Positions 49,399-58,296 of a stretch of 64,000 nt of DNA are shown one piece after another. The position numbers and the translations under genes are program-made. The notes below the pieces were generated by a model. The model ran no database searches. It had not been told where the DNA came from and worked only from the letters and a program-made list of their open reading frames with translations. Within the stretch, counting starts at the first letter, position 1, and each line of letters begins with the position of its first letter. This stretch comes from a virus (taxonomy: Duplodnaviria > Caudoviricetes): the IMG/VR virus record IMGVR_UViG_3300048598_000287, positions 96,001-160,000 of that record; one strand, given 5' to 3'.

Positions 49399-50709
49399 TC
49401 ATACGCTAGCGTTAATCCGCATGCCGTCCGGGAATTTTATCTTTTTCAGCTCGGCGGACACATCTTTAGGCCGTCCAGTCAGAAGATTAGCGGATCCTAT
49501 TGTGAATATGGAATGGAGGTCTTCATTTCCTGAATCCCTACCATATTCGTCTTTTCCATCCTTTATAAGAACCTTTTCCATGATCACATATTCATCGGAA
49601 TAGATTTCATCAGGAAGCCCGGCATCGTCGATCCTGTCTTTCTGCTTGCTATATACATACACAGACGATCCGACATCCGGACCTACGGTATTGGCAAGAG
49701 AAATAGTCATCTTTTTTCCTAATGTAGCTATGTATCTTCTGCGTATGACCGGAGCTATCTGATACATGTTATGCGTGTTAAGGGGATAGTCGCGTATAAG
49801 ATATGAATTTCCGAAAGAATATCCGGATGGACCGAAACAGTTCTCTATGTCGGATTGATTCGTATATCCTGCCCCCTTAAGCAGTTTGCCGAAACATTCA
49901 TTGTCGCATCGTCCGACATCCGGCTTATTGCCTTCAAAAGATGAGTACACTATGTTTGGAAACAAATCCTGCTTATTTTCGCCGGCATCATTGTATCTTG
50001 ATTCTCTATTGAAAAACCATGCCTTGTAATTAGACGTGCTGTCAAAATAGCTGGAATTTGAGCCGGTCTGATAAGCATCTTTATAATATGTGAACATCTG
50101 ATGAGGATAATATGTCTTTGATGTCCCTATGCTTGAAATTATAAAGTTACATTTATCGGTGGAAAATGTATAATATAGGTAATCTCCTTCCATGAAGGAA
50201 TGCTCCCCTATTTCTCCAAGTGACCCTTCCATAGTGCTCTTTATGCATACCCAGTTCATCTTGTCATTGCTGGAATTTGATGTTATTGTGTTTATCGGTT
50301 CCGGAATGCCGCTGGTTTTCATGATCTGAGTCATCACTTCCGGAGCGGTACCGTATTTCTGTACTGTACGTGTATTGTACATATCAAACGACCCTAGATG
50401 GTACAATACGTTCATATAGTAATTGTTCGTTCCAGGGATAGAAATGATCGGCGGCATGTTATCAACTATGAACGTAAGCGTGGTATCGTTCATGTACTTT
50501 GATCCAGTATGGTTCATTTTCATAAGGCCATATTCACCGCTATGAATTATAAATCCTGGGTCATTGTTGCACATTATCTGAAATGACCCATATGGAACCT
50601 GATTCATTGGTATTTTCATGGTGAATTTTCGTATAGACGCCTGGGTATATTCTCTCCCCATGAGGAATACGTCTATAGTTATGTTGTCTATTGAACTTGT
50701 ATCAAGCAT
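49399..50709 (-). CDS. Probable baseplate hub protein (gp27-like)
   Basis: Size, beta-rich character and position in baseplate operon; inference. Confidence 0.4.
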   Translation of the reverse strand: MLDTSSIDNITIDVFLMGREYTQASIRKFTMKIPMNQVPYGSFQIMCNNDPGFIIHSGEYGLMKMNHTGSKYMNDTTLTFIVDNMPPIISIPGTNNYYMNVLYHLGSFDMYNTRTVQKYGTAPEVMTQIMKTSGIPEPINTITSNSSNDKMNWVCIKSTMEGSLGEIGEHSFMEGDYLYYTFSTDKCNFIISSIGTSKTYYPHQMFTYYKDAYQTGSNSSYFDSTSNYKAWFFNRESRYNDAGENKQDLFPNIVYSSFEGNKPDVGRCDNECFGKLLKGAGYTNQSDIENCFGPSGYSFGNSYLIRDYPLNTHNMYQIAPVIRRRYIATLGKKMTISLANTVGPDVGSSVYVYSKQKDRIDDAGLPDEIYSDEYVIMEKVLIKDGKDEYGRDSGNEDLHSIFTIGSANLLTGRPKDVSAELKKIKFPDGMRINASV

Positions 50710-50725
50710 TGGTATCTCCGGTGAA

Positions 50726-51157
50726 TCATTTCATGTTTGGATCGTATTTTTCTATCCAGGTAAGCGCGCCCTGTAATGTAGGAAGAGACAATAGTCTCCC
50801 CTGCGTTACTTCACTGACTACCCCATTAAACAGATTATTATAATGGGTCCAGTATTCGGTAGTTATCTCCAATTCATCCATGGCATTTTTATATTCTGTC
50901 TCAAGCGCAGCATCCCGGTATCCTTTAAGATACAGCTCATTATATACGCTTTCGGATATTATCCGTACAGAATCCCGGCAAGGAAGCGGGTTCCTGATTC
51001 CATTGGCCGCGCATAGCGCCTTGCACATTCGGCTACTTCCAAGAGCACGTCTGGCTATTATGTCAGGCCTTCCCTGTTCATATCCATATACAGTGGTAAA
51101 ATCCTGTACTCCTTCTTTGTCATCTCTAAATCTTGGAAATTCCGATGTAGTTCCCAT
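50726..51157 (-). CDS. Baseplate wedge LysM-like protein (gp53-like)
   Basis: GRPDIIARRALGSS.....LCAANGIRNP. Confidence 0.7.
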   Translation of the reverse strand: MGTTSEFPRFRDDKEGVQDFTTVYGYEQGRPDIIARRALGSSRMCKALCAANGIRNPLPCRDSVRIISESVYNELYLKGYRDAALETEYKNAMDELEITTEYWTHYNNLFNGVVSEVTQGRLLSLPTLQGALTWIEKYDPNMK

Positions 51158-51172
51158 GGCATCCTCCTATTA

Positions 51173-52609
51173 TCAGCTTCCGCGTAAAGGATAAAATATA
51201 TTGTCCCCTATGAACCGGATGAAATCGTGATTTGGACCAGGGGTTAACCATGTCTCAAATCCTATCTTGGCAGACACCGTAATAGGAATATGTGCGCCAA
51301 GCCTATTGACGAAAAGTTCCTTTGACGATGATATAGTTATATCGGATATTACCAACGGCTCAATGTCAAGTATGTTTCCTACGGTGAGTCGCACCGGTTG
51401 CGGAACCAGAGTAACATTATATCCAAAAAAATCCTGCGCAGCAAAAAAAGTATCAAGAAGATTCGATACCACATCCGACGTGGCGGTAATGACATTGTTC
51501 TTCTGATTATTAGAAAATTTACCGGTTTTTGCTTCCTCCTGATTCTGTGTAATCTTATTTGAAAGCGGAGTCAATACATCATTAGCCCATGATCCTAATG
51601 TTCCGGCAAGACTGCCAGCGATAGAACTAGTCATTCCGGCAGCGGTATCTACGGCAGAAATATCATTCCCGCTAAGCGCCGTATTTTTAAGCTGACCGAT
51701 GCTTTCCGCGCTTGCCTTAGCGGAATCCGACAAAGCGCCTAATTCAGTAGTCATATCTCCTAGAGAATCAAACGATTGCATGGCAGCGCTGCTCGTGGCT
51801 TTAGCTAATCGTTTTCCTAACGTAGAGCTTTTATCTCTATATAAATCACGGACATAACCTATCTGTAAAAGCCTGTGCAATGAAAGCCGGAACAAATCTT
51901 CCTGCTCAGGCAAATACCATTGTATGGTTATTGATCGTTTGAAATCAAACTTAGAGCCATTGAATCCCTTCATTGTAGAACTTCCTGTGCTTGACGAGTC
52001 AAGTCCATACAATGACATTATCCCGGCGCCTTCCGATCCATTAGCCGCATTTTTTGAAGATCCGGGTGATAATGCCGACCCTATCATTCCCATGCCGCTA
52101 TGAAGTTTTCCTATTAATCCGCTTTGCTGATTCTGTGTAAATGCATTTATGGCAGAAAGAGCCCCTCCTACCGCCGCTCCGCCAGTAAAGCCATTGGCAT
52201 TTCCGGTTGCGGCTTCTCCGATGTTTGCGCCAAGAGGCATCAGAACGGCAGGAGATCCAAGCGCATTAAACGCGGCGGTTATGTTCTGTTCAGCAGTCTG
52301 TTCAGACCATGCATTTGTCAACCCAATGGTTAAATTTGTCAAATCATCCGGAGACATTATTCCATAAAACGGTTTGAACGGTTCAGAATTAAGCTGTTCA
52401 GCTATTCTGTATTTAAGCGCATCAACCGTGCGATGGATGGCTCCTAGATATGCCTGCCGTGCATGAAAGCCAAGCGGTTCTATACGTATCACGTTCGGAT
52501 ACAATTCCGAGGTAGAATTATGTACCGGTTCATTAGCGTCAGCCTTATGCGACGCCCGTGGCATATACCGGTTGCTATCAGTAAATGTTGCATCATTATC
52601 ACTTATCAT
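51173..52609 (-). CDS. Baseplate-tube cap (gp48-like)
   Basis: FKRSITIQWYLP, PQPVRLTVG, VISDITI, PITVS..I.F tube-like fold. Confidence 0.5.
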   Translation of the reverse strand: MISDNDATFTDSNRYMPRASHKADANEPVHNSTSELYPNVIRIEPLGFHARQAYLGAIHRTVDALKYRIAEQLNSEPFKPFYGIMSPDDLTNLTIGLTNAWSEQTAEQNITAAFNALGSPAVLMPLGANIGEAATGNANGFTGGAAVGGALSAINAFTQNQQSGLIGKLHSGMGMIGSALSPGSSKNAANGSEGAGIMSLYGLDSSSTGSSTMKGFNGSKFDFKRSITIQWYLPEQEDLFRLSLHRLLQIGYVRDLYRDKSSTLGKRLAKATSSAAMQSFDSLGDMTTELGALSDSAKASAESIGQLKNTALSGNDISAVDTAAGMTSSIAGSLAGTLGSWANDVLTPLSNKITQNQEEAKTGKFSNNQKNNVITATSDVVSNLLDTFFAAQDFFGYNVTLVPQPVRLTVGNILDIEPLVISDITISSSKELFVNRLGAHIPITVSAKIGFETWLTPGPNHDFIRFIGDNIFYPLRGS

Positions 52610-54261
52610 TAGTTACCTCTGCGCGTCATATCAGTTACCGCATCAAGATACTGAGCATCATATGCACGCCGTTCATTGCTATTTACTAGATGATCGGTAA
52701 CAGATTTACCTATCGCATCAGCCAATGCTTTTATGTCCGAATCCGATAGAGATGATTGCTGAAACATCTGAACGGTACTGTAATCCATTGGCATTTCCCT
52801 TTCCATATCTTCCTTTATGGTTCTTTCCTTATCATCGGGAATTTCTACATTGGGTTCTGGTTCATATAATCCATCCATGGTGGTATCAACATTAGTGCTG
52901 TCCGGCTCATTGTCGCCAATTATTTGCTCTTTAGAAGATGTATCTGGCATATTTGTGTCATAGTCTGATTTTTCTTGGAAATTCTGTATGCCGGGTCTAA
53001 TCTCTTCATCGACTTCATTATCGTCAATGATTGACGGAGGATTTACCTTATCCATGGCAATGTCATGATCCATATCCATCAAATCAGCCATATTGATAGC
53101 AGAATCGTTTTCTGTGGAATATGTTTCATCTGAGTTTACCGGAGACTCTTCTGAAACATCCTTAGGCTCATCAGTAAGGCTAGGTTCAATCTTATCAGCC
53201 TGTGCAGGAGAATTATCATCTTTAGGAAAGCCATCAGTCATTGCATCGGTCAATGCGGCTATTGAATCCTTTGATATATCTATCGGAGATGGAATGATAT
53301 CAGAAGGGTTATTCTCTTCTGTAGCCTCTTCTTCTTCAGTGGCAAACCCTTCCTGCACATCCGAATCAAGCGCAGAAGATAATCCATAAATAGAGTCGGA
53401 TACATTTTTTAGAGAATCTGTTATAGCATCATATTTTTTAGTGTAATCTATCGTTCTAGGAACAGCATATTCATTGTGTTCCTGCTCTGCCATAGGTTCC
53501 TTGTCATCGGATGTTTCATCGGGAATTTCCTTATCTGTGACAGGCTGGCCTATATTCTGCTCCGATATCTGAACCGGCACTGCGGAAGGAAGTTTCTCCA
53601 GGATTCCATTCTGCTTATCTATGGAAGTTATCATTCCATTCATTAGTGAAGAAAGTTTACCTAATTCATCATTCTGTTCGTATTCGTCATCGGAATGTTC
53701 GGGAAGATTCACATTTACTTTTACATCAGGAGGATTGATTAATTCACTTTTTTGATTAATTTCTTCCTGCATGTCATCATCAGGGGATTCATCATCTTCG
53801 GGAAGCGATTTTTCTATATCCTGCTCAGGAATAGTCAAATCCTTTATAGAGGATAAAAGTTCATTCTGCGTTTCTGATATATCTTTAAGAGTGATCCCTA
53901 TTTCTTCCCTGGATTCCGAATCATTGCCATTGTTCGCATCTGCCGCTGAATTTGACTCGTGTGATTTATTTTCATCGTCTTTATTGTTCTTGTATAAAGA
54001 ATATATACTATTCATGGAAGAATTAAGCTCGCTGTCATCCAGAGCACCGCCGAATCCGTCTATTATTCTATTTGCCAGCTCTTCATTTCCAGACTGTGAT
54101 TTTTCAAGATAATCATTAAGCGTATAGGAAGATTGCTCAGCAAAATCCTTCTTTTCAGTATTTACCTTTTCAGAAAATGCCGCAGCTAATTTATCGGCGA
54201 TAGTGACTATGTCATTGTCGCCGATGGTAGCAGGTGCTTTTGTCGTATTTGCTTCAGCCAT
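52609..54261 (-). CDS. Highly acidic low-complexity late protein (gp29/tape-measure position)
   Basis: Very D/E-rich 550 aa; first gene after TATAAACTA (54285-54293). Confidence 0.55.
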   Translation of the reverse strand: MAEANTTKAPATIGDNDIVTIADKLAAAFSEKVNTEKKDFAEQSSYTLNDYLEKSQSGNEELANRIIDGFGGALDDSELNSSMNSIYSLYKNNKDDENKSHESNSAADANNGNDSESREEIGITLKDISETQNELLSSIKDLTIPEQDIEKSLPEDDESPDDDMQEEINQKSELINPPDVKVNVNLPEHSDDEYEQNDELGKLSSLMNGMITSIDKQNGILEKLPSAVPVQISEQNIGQPVTDKEIPDETSDDKEPMAEQEHNEYAVPRTIDYTKKYDAITDSLKNVSDSIYGLSSALDSDVQEGFATEEEEATEENNPSDIIPSPIDISKDSIAALTDAMTDGFPKDDNSPAQADKIEPSLTDEPKDVSEESPVNSDETYSTENDSAINMADLMDMDHDIAMDKVNPPSIIDDNEVDEEIRPGIQNFQEKSDYDTNMPDTSSKEQIIGDNEPDSTNVDTTMDGLYEPEPNVEIPDDKERTIKEDMEREMPMDYSTVQMFQQSSLSDSDIKALADAIGKSVTDHLVNSNERRAYDAQYLDAVTDMTRRGN

Positions 54262-54290
54262 ATTCCGCCGGTAAATTCATTAACTAGTTT

Positions 54291-54339
54291 ATAATGCCGG
54301 CAAGATTTAATGTCGATATCATGAATGGAAATAGTTCGC
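54291..54339 (+). repeat. Second mini-element family copy
   Basis: ATAATGCCGGCAAGATTT...GGAAATAGTTCGC, similar to 60793-60838. Confidence 0.4.
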
Positions 54340-54349
54340 CATATTTGAG

Positions 54350-54520
54350 CCGCTTTTCTCAACCCTGTGTGAACCACTCCTGTCATAAATGGCAGGAGCT
54401 TCTTTTCGCTTCAATGGTGTCTACGTGCTGGTTTCATTTCTGAAGCCATCTAGAGGCAGTTACCTCGGCAGAGGACCGTTCAGGTCGCTCAGCTTTAGAT
54501 TAACGTGGAATGCCGTTCCA
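54350..54520 (-). ncRNA. Candidate orphan TnpB omega-RNA (scaffold plus flank-derived guide ACAGGGTTGAGAAAAGCG)
   Basis: Several hairpins ending in the right-end palindrome and TTCAC; boundaries approximate. Confidence 0.5.
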
Positions 54521-54621
54521 CAACTTTGATAGTTTTCAGCATCAATGATAATATATATTTTTCTATGGTGGAATTCTTCTCTCCATACTAACGCCCAGGC
54601 ATTTTCTTCCGCGAATCTTAT
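54369..54621 (-). mobile_element. Internally deleted IS605/IS1341-like element (left end, promoter, tnpB stub, omega-RNA/right end)
   Basis: TTTAT|ATAAGATTCGCGGAAGAAAA; ATG at 54542 MLKTIKV; ends TTGAAGCGAAAAGAAG-CTCCTGCCAT-TT-ATGACAGGAG-TGGTTCAC. Confidence 0.75.
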
Positions 54622-54629
54622 ATAAACTA
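54621..54629 (+). promoter_or_regulatory. Putative late promoter TATAAACTA
   Basis: Recurring motif upstream of 54667. Confidence 0.6.
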
Positions 54630-54666
54630 TTTTATATAATAATATGATTATCAGGCATATGACCGT

Positions 54667-56382
54667 ATGGCAAAGTGCATAACTGACGTAATATCTCCTA
54701 GGCAAGGCAATTCATCGACTGATGGTGATGACGCCATTCTTAGCAGCTTCACGGAAGCTGTTAACAAGGCAGCTAATTCAGTATATGATGCATCGTCTAA
54801 ACTGGAAGCCACGAATTGCACAAAGATAGTGTTTGACTGGTGCAAGGACACTATGGGAATAAACGCGTATACGGCAGTGGATGCGCTATCTAAAATGAAG
54901 TTCGGCATAAAACAATTCAATTCATATAATTATCCGGTAAATCTTAGCAAAATAAAGCTTTCCGATAATTTTTGCCAAATGCTAAGCACATGGATAGCAT
55001 GGATACAAGAATCAATCGATATATCGACCAAGGCTGCATTTGCCCTTTTCATTAAAATAGATGCTGCTCGAATGAGATTAGAAACCGCGACGCTTAATTT
55101 TAATACCGCCATATTAAAATGCCTGTCTGATATACTTTCTGATCTTAAAATATCCGCCGGCATAGGAGTTGATGTAGGCGTATCAGCGTCTCTTTCGTTT
55201 GACTGGGATGAACTATATCTGATAATGGTTGATTGTCCATGCTTTTGCAGAGCTATATCCTGTGTGACAGGATGCAACACGGATTCTTCCGGAAACGACA
55301 CTTCACGGGATCCTGATTATGTCATATCATGTCTTAAAAGCAAATTTTCAATAGGAACAGAACTAAACCTTGGAATAGGGCTTACCGGATCAATGAATGA
55401 TCTCCTGTTTGATTTTCTGTATAAGCTGTATATGGCAATCCAGACCGCCATAGAGATGACATTTGAACTCCTCATGCAGCCATTGCGGGCATTAATAAAG
55501 GCATTCGCCGATCTTCTTACACAGAAGTTTGACGTATCGCTATTCATAAAGACGCTCGGGAACTTTGAATGCTTCTTTAACTACAGCCTGGAATATAAGC
55601 ATAATAAAGAATTTTACGGAATGTCAATAATAGACATGATAAATACATTCAAGGGATGGACACAATGCTTCAATCATCTATGCCCGTCGCTTGCAAAGGA
55701 TGTGGAAGCTAAGTTAAAGGACATCAATGAAAGTCTTCGACTTAATGATTCTTTTTGGACAGGGGCGCTTGAAGCGGATCTGTATAGTATATGCATTGCC
55801 ACTAAACTTGGGTACGCCAGCTTTTCCAGTTATGAGATGAGGGAAATATACAGGGACAATCCAAAATCTAAGTTTGATTCCTTGCTATCTGAGCTAAAAG
55901 CTACAGGAATAAAGAACCTATGCACAGAATACAAAAGAAAAAATGCATATAAAAGGGTATCTCAAAGAAGTGCCACGGAAGATGCAATTTTATTTCGCAC
56001 TGCACCGGATAGAGAAAATGAAGTTAACGTAGGAGAAATTCCAATTTCTTCCAGCGAAGAAAAAAAATGCGTCACGATGGCGAAGAACCTCATCGATAAG
56101 ACCGTAAGCCCGTATTTCACAGAAAAATTTTATCAGCTTCTCCGGCTTCTTTCTGATTATGCAATGGATTCTGATACTGTAAATGATCTTACAAAAATAT
56201 TGGATAACAGCAGCAAAAAGACATATCCTGCAGGATTCAGTAAAAAATTCACCCCGTTCCCAGGAAACATAACGGGTAGAGAAGAACTTTCCGTATATCC
56301 GGATGACACCGAAGTGTCATATGAATTAACTGATGACTATGATGCCGCAGAAATAGAGGAGATCCTCGGCGCATATGCGTAG
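54667..56382 (+). CDS. Cys-rich hypothetical late protein
   Basis: 571-aa ORF, CPCFCRAISCVTGC. Confidence 0.7.
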   Translation: MAKCITDVISPRQGNSSTDGDDAILSSFTEAVNKAANSVYDASSKLEATNCTKIVFDWCKDTMGINAYTAVDALSKMKFGIKQFNSYNYPVNLSKIKLSDNFCQMLSTWIAWIQESIDISTKAAFALFIKIDAARMRLETATLNFNTAILKCLSDILSDLKISAGIGVDVGVSASLSFDWDELYLIMVDCPCFCRAISCVTGCNTDSSGNDTSRDPDYVISCLKSKFSIGTELNLGIGLTGSMNDLLFDFLYKLYMAIQTAIEMTFELLMQPLRALIKAFADLLTQKFDVSLFIKTLGNFECFFNYSLEYKHNKEFYGMSIIDMINTFKGWTQCFNHLCPSLAKDVEAKLKDINESLRLNDSFWTGALEADLYSICIATKLGYASFSSYEMREIYRDNPKSKFDSLLSELKATGIKNLCTEYKRKNAYKRVSQRSATEDAILFRTAPDRENEVNVGEIPISSSEEKKCVTMAKNLIDKTVSPYFTEKFYQLLRLLSDYAMDSDTVNDLTKILDNSSKKTYPAGFSKKFTPFPGNITGREELSVYPDDTEVSYELTDDYDAAEIEEILGAYA

Positions 56383-56391
56383 GATTAAATT

Positions 56392-56898
56392 ATGCTATAT
56401 GGAATGAATACAAAACATAGCAAATATTGCCTTCTGAATCCAGAAAAATATATGGAAAACCTTCCCGCTCCCGTATGTAAGTCTTCATGGGAAGAACGTG
56501 TATTTGAGGCAATGGATGGAAATGCATTCATTACAAAATGGGGATATGAACCGTTTGACATATATTATATGTCACCTAAATATCAAAAAATGAGCATATA
56601 TAAGCCAGACATATATTGCGAGTGCAAATCTCAAGAATCAGATAAACCAGCGCGATGGCTCATCGAGATAAAGCCTCATAAATTTTCGGTAATGCCCGAA
56701 TCCCCTCCGACCATAGTTGAATCGGCAACACCGGCTCAAGTAAAAAGGCATAACAAAAAAATGGCAAGATACTATGCCCAATGTGAAGAAGTTATGGTTA
56801 ATCAGGCTAAATGGTCGGCGGCCCGTAACTGGTGTTCAGACCGTGGCGTAAATTGGCTAGTGTTGACTGAAAAAAATGCTCCTGGCTCATTTATTTAA
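56392..56898 (+). CDS. Head completion nuclease (gp4-like, TnsA fold)
   Basis: NPEKY, KSSWE, WGYE...I.Y.SP, YKPD, IEIKP, NQAKW.AA..WC...G..W..LTE. Confidence 0.9.
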   Translation: MLYGMNTKHSKYCLLNPEKYMENLPAPVCKSSWEERVFEAMDGNAFITKWGYEPFDIYYMSPKYQKMSIYKPDIYCECKSQESDKPARWLIEIKPHKFSVMPESPPTIVESATPAQVKRHNKKMARYYAQCEEVMVNQAKWSAARNWCSDRGVNWLVLTEKNAPGSFI

Positions 56899-57104
56899 AA
56901 CCGAGGAGGTTCACTTTTGTTTAGATATAGAAGGCATGCGATTACCAATAGTATTACGCTTATGCCAATAGGAATCCAAAACGGGGCGAGAATCCATAGC
57001 CAGCTCCATGCAATTATATTGCATATTTTAAAAATAATGAATGCTACGCCAAGAAGGGCGCATATTAAAACTAGCTGGCTACCTAAATTTAATTGTGTAT
57101 TCAT
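56895..57104 (-). CDS. Small membrane protein
   Basis: FIIFKICNII.WSWLWILAPFWIP, a common phage TM family. Confidence 0.7.
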   Translation of the reverse strand: MNTQLNLGSQLVLICALLGVAFIIFKICNIIAWSWLWILAPFWIPIGISVILLVIACLLYLNKSEPPRF

Positions 57105-57163
57105 TTCAGTTCCTTGATGATAACTATCATTATTAAAATATATTTCACAAACTATAATGAATT

Positions 57164-57196
57164 AGAAAGGAGAATCCTAACCGGATTCTCCTTTCT
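57164..57196. terminator. 14-bp perfect hairpin, probable terminator
   Basis: AGAAAGGAGAATCC-TAACC-GGATTCTCCTTTCT just past the 57212 stop. Confidence 0.65.
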
Positions 57197-57211
57197 CCAT
57201 CACCAACAAGT

Positions 57212-57799
57212 TTAATTCTTACCTTCATTTTCATCAACTGTGACATCTTTAGTAAGATCCTCTCCAAGTATATCAGAAAACGAAATAGGAAACTGAATGA
57301 ACTGAGCAGTGGTCTTTTTCTTCTTTCTCGTCGGAAGGCCAAGCAGATGATCCGACTGAGCTTCGATTTCAATTTCTAACGGAGACTGTTCTTCAGGTTC
57401 ATCCTGATGTTCCTTTACCTTGAGATAGCTGCACCAGAATTTATTATCATCGGTATGCGGGGCCATTGAAAAAGTAAAGATATATTCTGCGCAGTCCCCG
57501 ATATCCTTATCTATCTTCTTTTTAACTGATACTGAAATAAGATCTGCCTTGAATTCAATCATGTCAAATGTCACGTTAAGTGCATATGGAGTGTCGAGCG
57601 TATATTTTGCCTGACCATATCCGGTTGAATTTACGAAGTTATATGCGCCGTCAAGCCCGGCATCCATTACTTGCATATCGTTAAGAATAGATTTTCCAGC
57701 CCCGCTTTCTTTAGCCGTTATGGAAAATTTGATAAACGGAACGCCATCCTTGATATCAGGACGGTATGATGTAAGATATCCATTAAATTTTTTTAGCAT
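57212..57799 (-). CDS. Hypothetical protein
   Basis: 195-aa ORF, GGGGA RBS. Confidence 0.65.
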   Translation of the reverse strand: MLKKFNGYLTSYRPDIKDGVPFIKFSITAKESGAGKSILNDMQVMDAGLDGAYNFVNSTGYGQAKYTLDTPYALNVTFDMIEFKADLISVSVKKKIDKDIGDCAEYIFTFSMAPHTDDNKFWCSYLKVKEHQDEPEEQSPLEIEIEAQSDHLLGLPTRKKKKTTAQFIQFPISFSDILGEDLTKDVTVDENEGKN

Positions 57800-57813
57800 A
57801 TTATTCCCCAGTA

Positions 57814-58221
57814 TTAGTACACGGTTACGGAAATAACCGTATCCCCGGAATGGTTAGTAAGTTCATCAATGGTATTATTAAGAACATGTTCCGCAGAAAA
57901 CGATAGCAGTTTAGCATTGTTAGTCCAGAATTGCTCCAGAGATCTAGCAATAGCGATACGCCTTCCTTCCTTACGATTATTAGCATCGCCTGGACGCTGA
58001 TAGCTTCGCCCGACATATAGGATACTCTGCAATACCTTTTCAGATTTTTTATGAGAGATAAGTTCGGATACAGCTTCGCATCTTCGTTCAGTCCATTCTG
58101 TGTAAACATCCTTTCCATTCTTCTTACTATGGGTCTGATGATCCTTTTCGGAATAGTATGTCGTGAGCTTCAGCGTAGCAAACAATGAATTGTCATGTCC
58201 GTTAATGTATTTGATAATCAT
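57814..58221 (-). CDS. Hypothetical early protein
   Basis: AAGGA RBS; VGRSYQRPGDANNRKEGRRIAIARS. Confidence 0.6.
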   Translation of the reverse strand: MIIKYINGHDNSLFATLKLTTYYSEKDHQTHSKKNGKDVYTEWTERRCEAVSELISHKKSEKVLQSILYVGRSYQRPGDANNRKEGRRIAIARSLEQFWTNNAKLLSFSAEHVLNNTIDELTNHSGDTVISVTVY

Positions 58222-58257
58222 GGTGATTCCTTTTATAATAGATGTTTGACATAGTTA

Positions 58258-58286
58258 AACATAGCATTTATTATTAAAATTGTCAA
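58258..58286 (-). promoter_or_regulatory. Sigma70-type promoter TTGACA-N17-TATGTT
   Basis: Consensus -35 and exact spacing. Confidence 0.65.
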
Positions 58287-58296
58287 TAGGGCATTA

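Noticed and set aside
4278-54629. The recurring 25-30-mer as a CRISPR repeat
   Set aside because: Copies are dispersed kilobases apart with no repeat-spacer periodicity.
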